A stretch of 64,000 bases of DNA from Octopus vulgaris (taxonomy: Eukaryota), in assembly GCA_951406725.2 (NCBI GenBank), contig OX597830.1:11966001-12030000 (forward strand), written 5' to 3'. A model generated the notes under the pieces. That model saw only the letters and a list, made by a program, of their open reading frames with translations. It made no database searches and had not been told where the DNA came from. Both the position numbers and the translations under genes were made by a program. Shown one piece after another: positions 52,467 to 64,000 of this stretch; position 1 is the stretch's first letter; each line of letters starts with the position of its first letter.

Positions 52467-53687
52467 TATAATGTGTCGCTGCACATTCAAGCGAAAACTA
52501 GAGTCAAAATTTGCCATGTTGTCAGTGTCCTTGATTTGGCCCTTTGTAAGCACTAATTAAAAAGAGCTATTATGATATACAGGTAGTCACTTGGAACTAT
52601 CTCTGATTATAACCATATTTCTCTTGAACAACTTTTGGATATCAAATCATTCAAGAAACAATCGATATTTTGAATTCATTATTTATTCTAATCTATTTGG
52701 AGCTTTTCCCCCTAACTATCCAGCCATACCATTTTTGCCACATTAGCTTCTATGAAATAGCACTGAGACTATCCATCTTCATTTCATTGAGGTTCTTGAC
52801 ATATCTATGTAATTGAGTTATAGTTACTCTCAGTTGCACTGGCCATGTGATTGAATATATAGAGAGAATGTCATACTGGTAAAATTGATGTTGCATCGTA
52901 GATATTGTTCACGCGTGTCATTGTTACAAGCATGAATGTCTTTTTACAGATTTAGTTTCGTTGTCATATGTTCCTTTTCGTCTTGTAAAAGTTATTTTTC
53001 TCATAATTTTCCCGTATAGATGTTTTGGCTCTACAAAGTAGCACTTTGAGAATCAGTGAACGACATCTAATATTACTTCTTCCAATCTTCTCAGATGTTG
53101 TAGACGCCAGAAGCTGCCTCAAGTTGAGTTGTGCTTGTTTAAGATGTCAAGTACAGTCTTTTGTTATCTAGGAATTAAGATATTTAAAAGTCTTGTACTA
53201 AAATTTTGTACTACCACTATATCAAAGCATTACCAATAACTAAATTTCACAAACTATCGTAGATGAGATGACAAATGATTAAGATGAGTGATGGTATTCT
53301 ACCATAAAACTTATTAAATTCATGCGAGCATGAAAAAAGGAAAAGCAATGATAACAGAGATAATCATGATGGAGAGGAAGATTTATTTGGTAATATATTC
53401 ATCATATATATTTTGTAATGATTAGATCCCTTTGCATATTGTAATCGATAAAGTGTGATTAGCTCCTCAGTTATTTTGTGCTTGGCAAGTGCTTCGTGTT
53501 TCCTTAAATAATATTCGAACTACAATTCTTTCAAATAACACAATAGTGACAGACTTACTGGACCCTGACATCTCGTTTCTGGAAAATAATGTGTTCAATC
53601 AATGCAGTTGGTACTGACAAAATTTCCACTGAAAAGTTACTCATTTTTCTCTAGGAGGAAGATTGCAGTGTGTATGTTTGAGTATCT

Positions 53688-53855
53688 ACGTTCTGAGTTC
53701 AAATTCCGCCGAGGTCGACTTTGCCTTTCATCCTTTCGGGGTCGATAAATTAAGTACCAGTTATGCACTGGGGGTCGATGTAATCGACTTAATACCTATG
53801 TCTGTCCTTGTTTGTCCCCTCTATATTTAGCCCCTTGTGGGTAATAAAGAAATAA
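53688..53855 (+). mobile_element. SINE family B, 5'-truncated
   Basis: gttctgagttcaaattccgccgaggtcgac...gtgggtaataaagaaata. Confidence 0.9.
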
Positions 53856-54039
53856 GTATATTATGTAATAATTACTAAACTTCAAACAGTCTAATTTATG
53901 CATGAACTGTTATAGGAATTGGTGGAATGTTTTTTTTCGCTGGAAAGCATATTTGAAAAAGCAAGGAAATTTCTAGTTGTACGAAATGATTTTTAGCACT
54001 GAAATTTTTTGCTATTTGCTTTATCTTGAGAAAGGTGCA

Positions 54040-54570
54040 TCGTTGAAGGCCTTTGCAAACTATTTGAGAGACCAGTGAAACTGGAACCACTAATGTTCCT
54101 CTTGAACTGCTGCAGATCAACACCTGCAGGAAATACATGAGCAAGGAGGGAATTCCAGAAGTCTGACATTATGGTAATGAAGGGCTGGGCATCATATGTG
54201 GTTGATTATTAATTATGATTAGTATGAGTTTTTTTATCCAATTTTCTGGTGAATATGAAAGCCATTTAACTTGCACACTTGTCTGGTAGGCTGGCTACTT
54301 GCTGAAATCTTTGTTGCAAACAACTCATTTCATACAATTAATGTTACAGAACTCCAGGAGCCCTTTTCATTCGTTATGCTTTAACCATAGCCTCAATGTA
54401 CAGCTGGGTAACCATCTTCCTCTTCATGTTGTCCAACATTCTAGTGAAGTTCCTAGTCATGATAACCAGGTTGCTGTATTCTATTATTAAAGCAGTCCAG
54501 AGTTATTGTTCATCTCTCAGACATGACTGTGGCATATATACAAAAATCACGGTTGCTGTCACACTGCCCT
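54040..54570 (-). mobile_element. LINE remnants: RT C-terminus (~54040-54200) and APE endonuclease (~54260-54570)
   Basis: WNSL.AHVFP..DLQQFKRNI motif; NE...LLEFC endonuclease motif. Confidence 0.6.
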
Positions 54571-55192
54571 ATGAATAGCTTAACCATTTAGCATTTAAAC
54601 CGGCCAAAATATTCTCCCCTATTTTATGTTCAAATTGGCCAGATCTGGTCTCTCACACCAACCCTACAATATAATTCTAAAAGTGAATAGTTACTTCATC
54701 AAAATCTCATAGCTACAAGATAATGCATGATTAGTTCAAAACAATGTGGATGAAAAAGCATTAATTTTGATAATTATCATTATTTCATGTATTCTTATTA
54801 CTAACTCAATCATTCTATTTATCAATTTCTCTGGTAAAAATAGGCCAACTCTAAACTGTTAAACTTAAAAAATAGAAATTTTATCTGTTTTTATTGCTTG
54901 TAAGGAGTTTGGTTGAGGATATCTGTTATTTCACCTTTTGTATACAGCATACATTACTCTACTCTTGTGTCCCTTAAAAACCTCCAGAACTAGCTTTTTG
55001 TGTGCCAACAATAATGGTAGCAGCCCTAAATTTCTGTACCTGAAAGAAAAAGTATTTTCATTGATGATAAAGAGTGAGTTACTTGATGTTCCTCTGCATC
55101 TGAAAAGTACGCAGCTCCTATAACTGTATTACCATGTGCAGCATTAATGTAGCAAGAGTTAGTCTTCTACATACAAACTAAAAGTTTTTTCT

Positions 55193-55244
<52 letters not shown>

Positions 55245-55245
<1 letters not shown>

Positions 55246-55690
55246 CACCTTCGAAACGCAGAGTAGATGAAACCATGGCGACTGAAGAAGGGGAATTTTC
55301 TTTGTGTTATTTGTACTGTACTCTAGTTTTTTTGTTGTTTAAGAAAAATGTCCAGTTCCTTGGTTTTGTGTTTATGTTTTCGTTTCTCATTGTGTTCGAC
55401 GTTTTTTTTTGGTGTCCTGTACCCATATATGCGTGTATATATACATATAAAGGTAGGTACGTACATATATGTATGTATATATGCATATGCTTTATTTTAT
55501 TTATTAATTTATTATATATATATATATATATAAAGGGAAAGTTTACGAAAATAAACAAAAGACGAAGGCAGGTGGAGTACAAACAAACAGATGTATTAGT
55601 ATAACGCTCAGGAATAGAAAAAGTCTTTTACGTTTCGAGCCTACGCTCTTCTACAGAAAGGGACACAGAAAAAAAACAAGGAAAGAAACA
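55245..55690. mobile_element. Putative Penelope-like terminal-repeat remnants with hammerhead-like motifs; related pieces at 40905-41030, 41315-41355 and ~46620-46800
   Basis: cttt-ctgtaga-a-gagc(gtag)gctc-gaaacgta-aaag on minus at ~55624-55661; ccttcgaaacgc...ctgaagaagggg on plus at 55248-55293; flanked by (TA)n. Confidence 0.5.
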
Positions 55691-55818
55691 AGGAAAGTAA
55701 AAAAAATAAATATGAAAAATATAAAGTGAAAACGAAAGGGACAGTTTTACGAAAAGTTCAAAAGTTTGTATATATATATATATATATATATAGATATATT
55801 TATATATATATAGATTTA

Positions 55819-55856
<38 letters not shown>

Positions 55857-55882
55857 GATATATTTATATATATATAGATTTA

Positions 55883-55936
<54 letters not shown>

Positions 55937-56166
55937 TATATTTATATATATATAGATTTATATATGTATATATCATCATCATCATCATCGTCGTTTAACG
56001 TCCGTTCTCCATGCTAGCATGGGTTGGACGGTTCGACCGGGGTTCTGGGAAGCCAGAAGGCTGCACCAGGCTCCAGTCTAATCTGGCAATGTTTCTACAG
56101 CTGGATGCCCTTCCTAACGCCAACCACTATATATATAGATAGATAGATATATTTATATATATATAG

Positions 56167-56208
<42 letters not shown>

Positions 56209-56497
56209 CTGACTTAGAGTATAGTTGCTAGAATATGAACAGGATGTAGAAAGTTCAGAGAGCTTTTTTCTCTATTAGTAATAAAAGTCTCTCATTCAGA
56301 GCGAAAGGCATATTGTATGAAGTGTATAAACAGCAATGCTACATAATTATGAAATGTGAGCCCCCAAATGCAGAGGAGATACGAAGGGTGGGAACGGAAT
56401 GAATCTTGCATGCTCTATTGGGTGTGCAATATCTGTGTGTAAGTGTGAGAAAGTGCAAATGTGCTGAGAGAAAAATTGGACATAAAAGGAATGAAAT

Positions 56498-56916
56498 GGG
56501 ATCTTTTTGGTTTGAACGGCAGTTTTTTCTAGCGGTGTCATATGAAATTGTCACCCATAATTATGACCCTAGTATCGATCTATTGCATTTCAATCTGTTT
56601 TAGGCTTAGGGTTAGGGGTGGGGGGAAGGGTATTTTTTTTTCTTCACAAATGTAAATAAACCCAATCTGTTTCTTAAACGAGGGACATATTCATACTGCA
56701 CAGAATGTTTTTTACCTCAATACAAGTCATTGATTGGTTGAAATTTCAGAAAGTGAAGAAAAAAACCCAACCAATATCTTACAAACTATAGAATTTTCTC
56801 AATAAAGCCAAGAGAAAAAGATGTTTTATAAACACATTCTACCAGTATATGAAGTTTAAAATTTTTTAGTTACCTAGAAATTATGTTAAAAACTGCCGTT
56901 CAAACTGAAAAGATCC
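56498..56916 (+). mobile_element. MITE (~420 bp) with ~28-bp TIRs
   Basis: TIR ggatctttt.ggtttgaacggcagttttt at both ends; second copy inverted at 60118-60532. Confidence 0.88.
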
Positions 56917-57138
56917 AAATGACTGTAGTGCTGTGGTCATGTGATACATATCGATGAGGACAGCTGAATGAAGAAGTGCCAGTTGCTTAAAGGGGATGGA
57001 ATGGTCAGGCAATGTCAACTTGATGGAGGGAGTGAGCAAATGTACTACACATACATTTAATCACTATAAACAAATCATTTGTGGCCAGGTTATTCGGCAA
57101 AAGCTGAACACTCATACATCATCTTTGATGAGAGAGTC

Positions 57139-57179
<41 letters not shown>

Positions 57180-57194
57180 TATTATTATTATTAT

Positions 57195-57516
57195 TGAGTG
57201 AGAGAGCAGTGCATGCCATCAAAGTGAAACAGGAGTAAAACATACGAAGCCCAGTATACCCATCATGACTACCCGTCTGATAAGGGTACACCAGGCACAT
57301 GCATCACAACTATTTGTGCACAACATGGTGATCTCATATCAAGATAAACAGCACATGACCTTGCAGGTGGGGCCCAGTAAGAATTTTCTTCAGGTCGAGT
57401 AACCCATCCCACTCAAAAGGTCCCTGAATAAGGGTTGTTTAAGGTTTGTTTCCAGAGGTGAATTATTCAAACCCCACAGAATCCCTCTCAACACACGGCT
57501 ATGATGCTCCCCCACT
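57195..57516. repeat. Family-D repeat, partial, within (ATT)n
   Basis: Matches 9595-9935. Confidence 0.9.
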
Positions 57517-58415
57517 ACTATTATTATTATTATTATTATTATTGTTCTGCTTCTGTATTGTCCATCAGCTTTTACTCTCTCCAAACTTCCCTCAACTTAT
57601 ATGCAGCATTGACCATGCCTCTAAGATTCACCACATTTATATATATATATATATTGGATGTCATCACCAGTGCCGCTGGACTGGCTCCTGTGGAGGTGGC
57701 ACGTAAAAAGCACCATTTGGGCGTGGCCGTTGCCAGTACCACCAAACTGGCCCTCGTGCCAGTGACACGTAAAAAGCACCCACTACACTCTCGGAGTGGT
57801 TGGAATTAGGAAGGGCATCAAGCTGTAGAAACTCTGCCAGATCAGATTGGAGTCTTGTTCGCCAGACCTTTGTCAGATCGTCCAACCCATGCTAGCATGG
57901 AAAGCGGACATTAGATGATGATGAAGATGATGATGATATATATATATATGTAGTTTTAAAAAATAAAAAAAAAAGATATTTTTTTCCCATCTATTTTATT
58001 AATACTGTTACCTCAACTGCCACTATGAAGCTCCTGCAATCTACGGATAATAACAGGTAATCGAAACTGTGTTGGTACTTTACTCATCATCCACTTATAC
58101 ATTTTGTATAATTTTTCCTTTATATGTCTGTGCAAGTGGCACGTAAAAAGCACCATCCGATCGTGGCCGTTTGCCAGCCTCGTCTGGCACCTGTGCCGGT
58201 GGCACGTAAAAAGCACCCACTACACTCACGGAGTGGTTGGCGTTAGGAAGGGCATCCAGCCGTAGAAACATTGCCAGATCAGACTGGGCCTGGTGCAGCC
58301 TTCTGGCTTCCCAGACCCCAGTTGAACCGTCCAACCCATGCCGGCATGGAAAGCGGACACTAAACGATGATGATGATATATATATACATGTATATTGTGT
58401 GTATATATATATATA

Positions 58416-58990
58416 CTAGCAATGTTTCTCGGCATTGTCCGGGTGTTATGACCTACAGGCACACTGTATTATTTGCTCCTTTCTCATGAACAGAATTGGC
58501 ACAGCTGATATATAGCTAATGGAATAATGATATATAGTTAATGGAAGTTATTGTCTGTTTAGAAGTGAAGTGCGTGCGGATACAATTTGCATGGGTTTGC
58601 ATGAAAGTGCTTTCTGAAAGATCACAAACTATCTATTGTTTCATCATATAAAACGGAGTTAATGCGATTTTCCCAGAAATCGCGTTTCCAAAATTTTAAT
58701 TTTCCTCCATCCTCACCTCAATTTCTTAATTTGTAACTTTTACAACTTTTCTTTTTGAACCGAGGGCGTGAAGACTGGCGGAATATCGCTAAACACTTCC
58801 GGCATGCTTACTATTCTGCCAGCCTATGCAAAAATATTGAGGCGAAGTAAAGTAAGGGGCATAACTCTAAGATAGAAATGATTGAAGTTGCCTCCCTTGT
58901 GTTCTTAGTCAACAAACCCCATTCCCTTACATTAGAAACGTGTTATCTTTCTTTGAATATTGCAAGCAACTCATGTTTTCTCATGGTAAT
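58416..58990 (-). mobile_element. Probable non-autonomous Helitron (3' end at 58416)
   Basis: CTAG next to a GC-rich hairpin (ctcggcattgtccggg); 5' boundary uncertain. Confidence 0.55.
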
Positions 58991-59472
58991 TGGTCCTTCT
59001 GATGCTTTGGGCCTAGTAGAAACCTCACATTACTTAAAAGACGTAAACACGAATAGTAGAAATGTGACCTTTGAGTTTATGCTCTCAAATTCCTAACAAT
59101 AATGCAATTTTTGACAAATGTTTACCTTTTCCATTTTCTTTGCTTTACCTTTTAATCAATAACATCATTTCAAAATTGAATGAAATTTTCATCTTGCTTG
59201 GACCAGCGGCATCAGTTCACACAAACTAAAAGTTATAGTCTACACCAAAAGATTTTAAAAAATAATAATTTCACGTATATTCATTTAATTCCATACCTTA
59301 TTTCGTTTTTGGATTTGGTTTGCAAGATTCTTTATGTGAGTTCGTGTGTTGAAGCATATTCTGTTGTGTCTGGGGAGAGTCATTCTCTTTTCGTGCCTTA
59401 CGCAACGAAAATTTTAGAAAATAAAAGTAAGAAATAAGTGGAAATTTTACTGGTGAGTGTGTTAGATAATAT

Positions 59473-59669
59473 ATTTCTTTATTAGCCACAAGGGGCTAAA
59501 CATAGAGAGGACAAACAAGGACAGACAAACGGATTAAGTCGATTACATCGACTCCAGTGTGTAACTGGTACTTAATTTATCGACCCCGAAAGGATGAAAG
59601 GCAAAGTCGACCTCGGCGGAATTTGAACTCAGAACGTAACGGCAGACGAAATACCGCTAAGCATTTCGT
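59473..59669 (-). mobile_element. SINE family B, head truncated
   Basis: Near-consensus. Confidence 0.9.
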
Positions 59670-60117
59670 CAAGGCACTAAAAGAGAATGACTCTCTCTAT
59701 ACCTCATAGTATACTAAAAATAATAACCAGTTTTTTGTTATGTAAACTTTCAAACTTTAAAATTTTTCGTTGGAAAACTACTGTGATAAAAGTTTACTAA
59801 ATAACAAAAGTTGTAAGACAAAACATATCCATTGTTTTATCCAATATTACTAAAATTGAATGCAAAAATGATTTGTTGATGTCCACGAAGTGATTTTTCT
59901 TCACCAACTTCATAAAAAAATAATCAAAAAGAGCTGCCAGTGAATCTTCATACTTCTTCATTAGCAATAAAAATAGTAATGAAGTTGTGACTAAAAAAGA
60001 AAAACAAATAAAACAAGCAAGCAAATATGTCAGCAAAAAAACCCAAAAAACCAGTGACATGAACGGGAAAAGTGATGATCTTATAAAATCAAGTAGGCCC
60101 GGGGAGAGATGAAATAT

Positions 60118-60532
60118 GGATCTTTTCGGTTTGACCGGCAGTTTTTAACATAATTTATAGGTAACTAAAAAATTTTAAACTTCGTATACTGGTAGAATGT
60201 GTTTATAAAACATCTTTTTCTCTTGGCTTTATTGAGAAAATTCTATAGTTTGTAAGATATTTGTTGTTGTCTTTTCTTCAATTTCTGCAATTTCAACCAA
60301 TCAATGATGTCTATTGAGGTAAAAAAACATTCTGTGCGGTATGAATATGTCCCTTGTTTAAGAAACAGATTGGGTTTATTTACATTTGTGAAGAAAAAAA
60401 GATACCCTTTCCCCTACCCCTAACCCTAAAACATAGAAATGCAATAGATCGATACTAGGGTCATAATTATGGGTGACAATTTCATATGACATCGCTAGAA
60501 AAAACTGCCATTCAAACCGCCGAAAAGATCCC
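60118..60532 (-). mobile_element. MITE, inverted copy of 56498-56916
   Basis: Same TIRs and interior; flanked by gaaatat on both sides. Confidence 0.88.
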
Positions 60533-61728
60533 GAAATATTTCAAAGCTAATTTGCTTTTTTTCCCTTTTTTTTTACTTTTTATTTCCAAATATTTCGTTG
60601 TTGCTCTCGCAAACCCGACGGTTATTTCCCTTGGATAAGTACAAGGACAACAACAGAAGAGATTTCTAAGCCCAATGAAGCCTTTTTCGTTACTTCACAA
60701 GTATTTTCTCTAGTTAGGCTTTCATAATCTCGATGAAAAATTAGTTCTAGTCTTTTCTTTACTTTTCTTTTCTTTCTCTAATATTTCTTTCCTTTCCCCT
60801 TTTGTTTGCTGTACTTTTTGTTCTTCACCTACTCTTCTCTCCTCCTTATCTTCTCCTTTCCCCCTTTCTTCTAATGACCTTGATGTAAAGAGACTGCTCA
60901 AGATGTTTGGAAGCATTCCCTCTGCTATCAGCTTCAATAATACAGATTCTTCAGATAACTGATACACAAGAATCATTAACTTATATGTTTTTCTTAGATT
61001 CACATTTTACTACAGCAATAATACTGATTTATTTTTACAAATGGTATCATATTTCTGAAGTCTTGGCCCACTTCTAGTTTCTTCTTCTTCATCCACTCCA
61101 CTTGTCTGTCTTTTCCCCCCTCTTACTCTCCCAGCTTTCTTAATTATCTATATATCTAAGAGACTAACGAAATAAATATTTGTGATATTGTTTCATTTTA
61201 ATACCACACATATATAAAAGTAGGTTTAGTGGGGGTGAATTTAGTAGATTAGACTGTAGTATGCAGTAGCTAATTATTTTATTAATCTCAGAGGTATTAA
61301 AGTGTTACCATGCATGCACACACACAGACACACACACACAAATATATATAGTACTTTGAGGGTTAATCTAGGAGTTAAAAAATAATACACTTAGCTTAAA
61401 AAATATATATATAAATATACAAATGTTCATATGTTTGTATATTTAAACCTCTTCATATTTGCAGACAAAACGAGAGACTATACAAGAAAAGCAAAGATAC
61501 ATACAACAGTATCTTATAACCTACAAAACAATCAGCAAAAACACATACAAATCAATGTATAATGCATAGTAACGAATCACAAGATCTTAGACAGATCTTG
61601 TATATACTTCACAAAAAACAGAAAAAGACCTTCAAAGCATTGAGGTCCTTAAAATAACTTGCACTTTCACCGAAATGTAAACTTATTAATCTTGCCAAAA
61701 ATAATGTAGTTTGTAAAACAATCTTATA

Positions 61729-62097
61729 CTAGCACTATGGCCCAGCAACGCCGGGTCATAGTGCTAGCGCATGCATATACAGCTGCGTGCGTGCACACAT
61801 ACACGCGAGTACTGTCCAAATCTCTGACCAATCACATACAGCTAGTTTAGCATTCAATTGGCGTATCAAGTTTCGGGCATTTTAATTGGGTTTTGGATAG
61901 AAAATTCACAAAAAAGTCACTTCTATTGAATTTTGAATGGCTTTGCAGGGTGACTGGGGAAATGTAAGGATGTGCACGACCACCCTTGGACGGTTTTAAA
62001 TGACCATAGAAAGTGCAAGCCCTCTAACTGAAAAATTGTGGATTTGTATAAAGGACACACACACACAGACAGACATCTTGCCGTTTATATATATAGA
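61729..62097 (-). mobile_element. Non-autonomous Helitron
   Basis: Minus 5' TCTATATATATAAA...tgtctgtctgtgtg; 3' hairpin (cccagcaacgccggg) and CTAG. Confidence 0.8.
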
Positions 62098-62204
62098 GAG
62101 ATATTATGAATATTGACACTAAGAGGTCTAAAATATGAATCTGTAGATTCAAATTTGAATGTTGATGCCATCACTAAGTGGTTCAACAGTGACCAAAACT
62201 GAAA

Positions 62205-63137
62205 TGCATGTGCATGCGAGAATGCACATGCATACTTATATTTCATGCTGTCTCCATTTGAGCAAATCAGTGTTGATGCTGACATTGTAATAAGTTGCTC
62301 TGTACTTTCCAAAGTCCTGTGCAATAAAAAACATCCCTTTCTCAGAAAGCTGGTAAGAACTGGTGCCAGTTGGAGCATCTGACTACAGAATCCTGTCTCA
62401 AATGGCTCTCTGCCCAGACTCATGTGCTGGAGCACATCCTTTATTTGAACAAATCAACCCCAGAGCTTATTCTTTGTAAGCCTAGTACTTATTCTATCAG
62501 TCTCTTTTACTGAACCGCTAAGTTCATAAACACACCAACATTGGTTGTCAAGTGATGGTGAGGAGAAAAGCACAGATGCACAAATACTTGACAACCAATA
62601 TATACATATATATATATACATATATAAAATGGGCTTTTTTCAGTTTCCGTCTACCAAATCCAATCCCAAGGCTTTGGTTGGCCAGAGGATATAGTAGAAG
62701 ATACTTGCTGAAGGTGTCACACAGTGGAACAGAACCTGGAACCATGTGGTTGGGAAGCAAGCTTCTTACCACACAGCCACTCCTATATATATGAAAAATA
62801 CTGAAAAAAGTTGAAAATACATCAAAATCTTCTTCTATATGTGTGTGTAAATGCATTTGTACATCTATGTGTATAATTGTCCACTCATTCCTTTAGCATC
62901 TTATCTTCCAAGCTGGCATGAGTCTGGGCAGAGAGCCATTTGAGACAGGATTTTGTAGTCAGATGCTCCCACTGGCATCAGTTCTTGCCAGCTTTCTGAG
63001 AAAGGGATGTTTTTTATTGCACAAGACTTTGAAAGTACAGAGCAACTTATTACAATGTCAGCATCAACACTGATTTGCTCAAATGGAGACAGAATGAAAT
63101 ATAAGCATGCATATGCATTCTCACATGCATGCATGCA
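62205..63137. repeat. ~220-bp inverted duplication (62205-62424 and 62917-63137)
   Basis: Arms align as reverse complements with scattered substitutions. Confidence 0.93.
62425..62785 (-). mobile_element. SINE family A, tail missing
   Basis: Family-A sequence from gctggagcac to the head. Confidence 0.88.
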
Positions 63138-63723
63138 CACATACTGCAGGAACCACATGGTATATATACATGTGTGAGTGTGTGTGTGTGTGTGAACACA
63201 TGTATACTGCAGGAACCACATGGTATATATACATGTGTGTGTGTGTGTGTGCACACACATGTATACTGCAGGAACCACATGGTATATATACATGTGTGAG
63301 TGTGTGTGTGTGTGAACACATGTATACTGCAGGAACCACATGGTATATATACATGTGTGAGTGTGTGTGTGTGTGAACACATGTATACTGCAGGGACCTC
63401 ATGGTATATATACATGTGTGTGTGTATGTGTGTGCACACACATGTATACTGCAGGAACCACATGGTATATATACATGTGTGAGTGTGTGTGTGTGTGAAC
63501 ACATGTATACTGCAGGAACCACATGGTATATATACATGTGTGAGTGTGTGTGTGTGTGAACACATGTATACTGCAGGAACCACATGGTATATATACATGT
63601 GTGTGTGTGCGTGTGTGCACACACATGTATACTGCAGGGACCTCATGGTATATATACATGTGTGTGTGTATGTGCACACATGTATACTGCAGGGACCTCA
63701 TGGTATATATACATGTGTGTGTG
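63138..63723. repeat. ~60-bp-period minisatellite, 10 units, constant core plus variable (TG)n
   Basis: acatgtatactgcagg(aacca/gacct)catggtatatatacatgtgtg repeated. Confidence 0.95.
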
Positions 63724-63724
63724 T

Positions 63725-64000
63725 AAGCACCCCTGTGAAGAGGAGGCAGGCTTGAAAAGACTGGAAGAATGGGGGCAGAGAGAATTATATCAGGTAGCTA
63801 GAAGGGAATCTAAGTGACAAGTGTATCTAGCAAGTAGCAAGGAGAGAAGCAGTAAAGAAGGGGTTTGTGAATGTTCTGCAGTATGAAGGGGATCAGAGAC
63901 AATTGGGTTGTTGTGGGGGAGAGAGGTGTGTGTACCGATAGATAATAGTACACTTGCACTTAATGGTTCTGAAAAGAAAGAAGCGTGAAAGTGTTGCTAC
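63725..64000 (+). mobile_element. Decayed RTE LINE fragment
   Basis: YQVARRE...QVYLA and VVGERCV motifs, homologous to ~9280-9360. Confidence 0.65.

Noticed and set aside
53896-54144. Possible terminal exon after a cctgcag acceptor (VDLQQFKRNI...)
   Set aside because: It is continuous upstream with WNSL.AHVFP, a LINE RT C-terminal motif
63138-63723. CRISPR-like constant repeat with variable spacers
   Set aside because: Spacers are only (TG)n, there are no cas genes and the context is eukaryotic

Overview
AT-rich, repeat-saturated animal nuclear DNA, most likely octopus (inferred from a cephalopod-like mitochondrial ND4L/ND4 insert and a SINE/microsatellite landscape I recognise as Octopus-like). 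No intact protein-coding gene can be supported; nearly all listed ORFs are microsatellite or transposon artefacts, so the window looks intronic or intergenic. It contains many tRNA-derived SINEs (at least 4 families), RTE, R4/Dong-type, CR1-like and Penelope-like retroelement fragments, mariner/Tc1/pogo remnants, Helitrons, a solo LTR, a MITE pair and three minisatellites. Most notable: (1) an intact-looking 42-nt minimal hammerhead ribozyme (2106-2147, minus) inside a ~300-bp segment bracketed by a 53-bp direct repeat, with several variant or decayed hammerhead motifs elsewhere; (2) a two-piece copy of 6.1-7.5 kb DNA about 39 kb downstream, with twin-priming-like geometry; (3) a ~0.5-kb ND4L-ND4 NUMT inside an RTE LINE; (4) many near-perfect hairpins and inverted duplications. 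Coordinates of decayed elements are approximate and read by eye.
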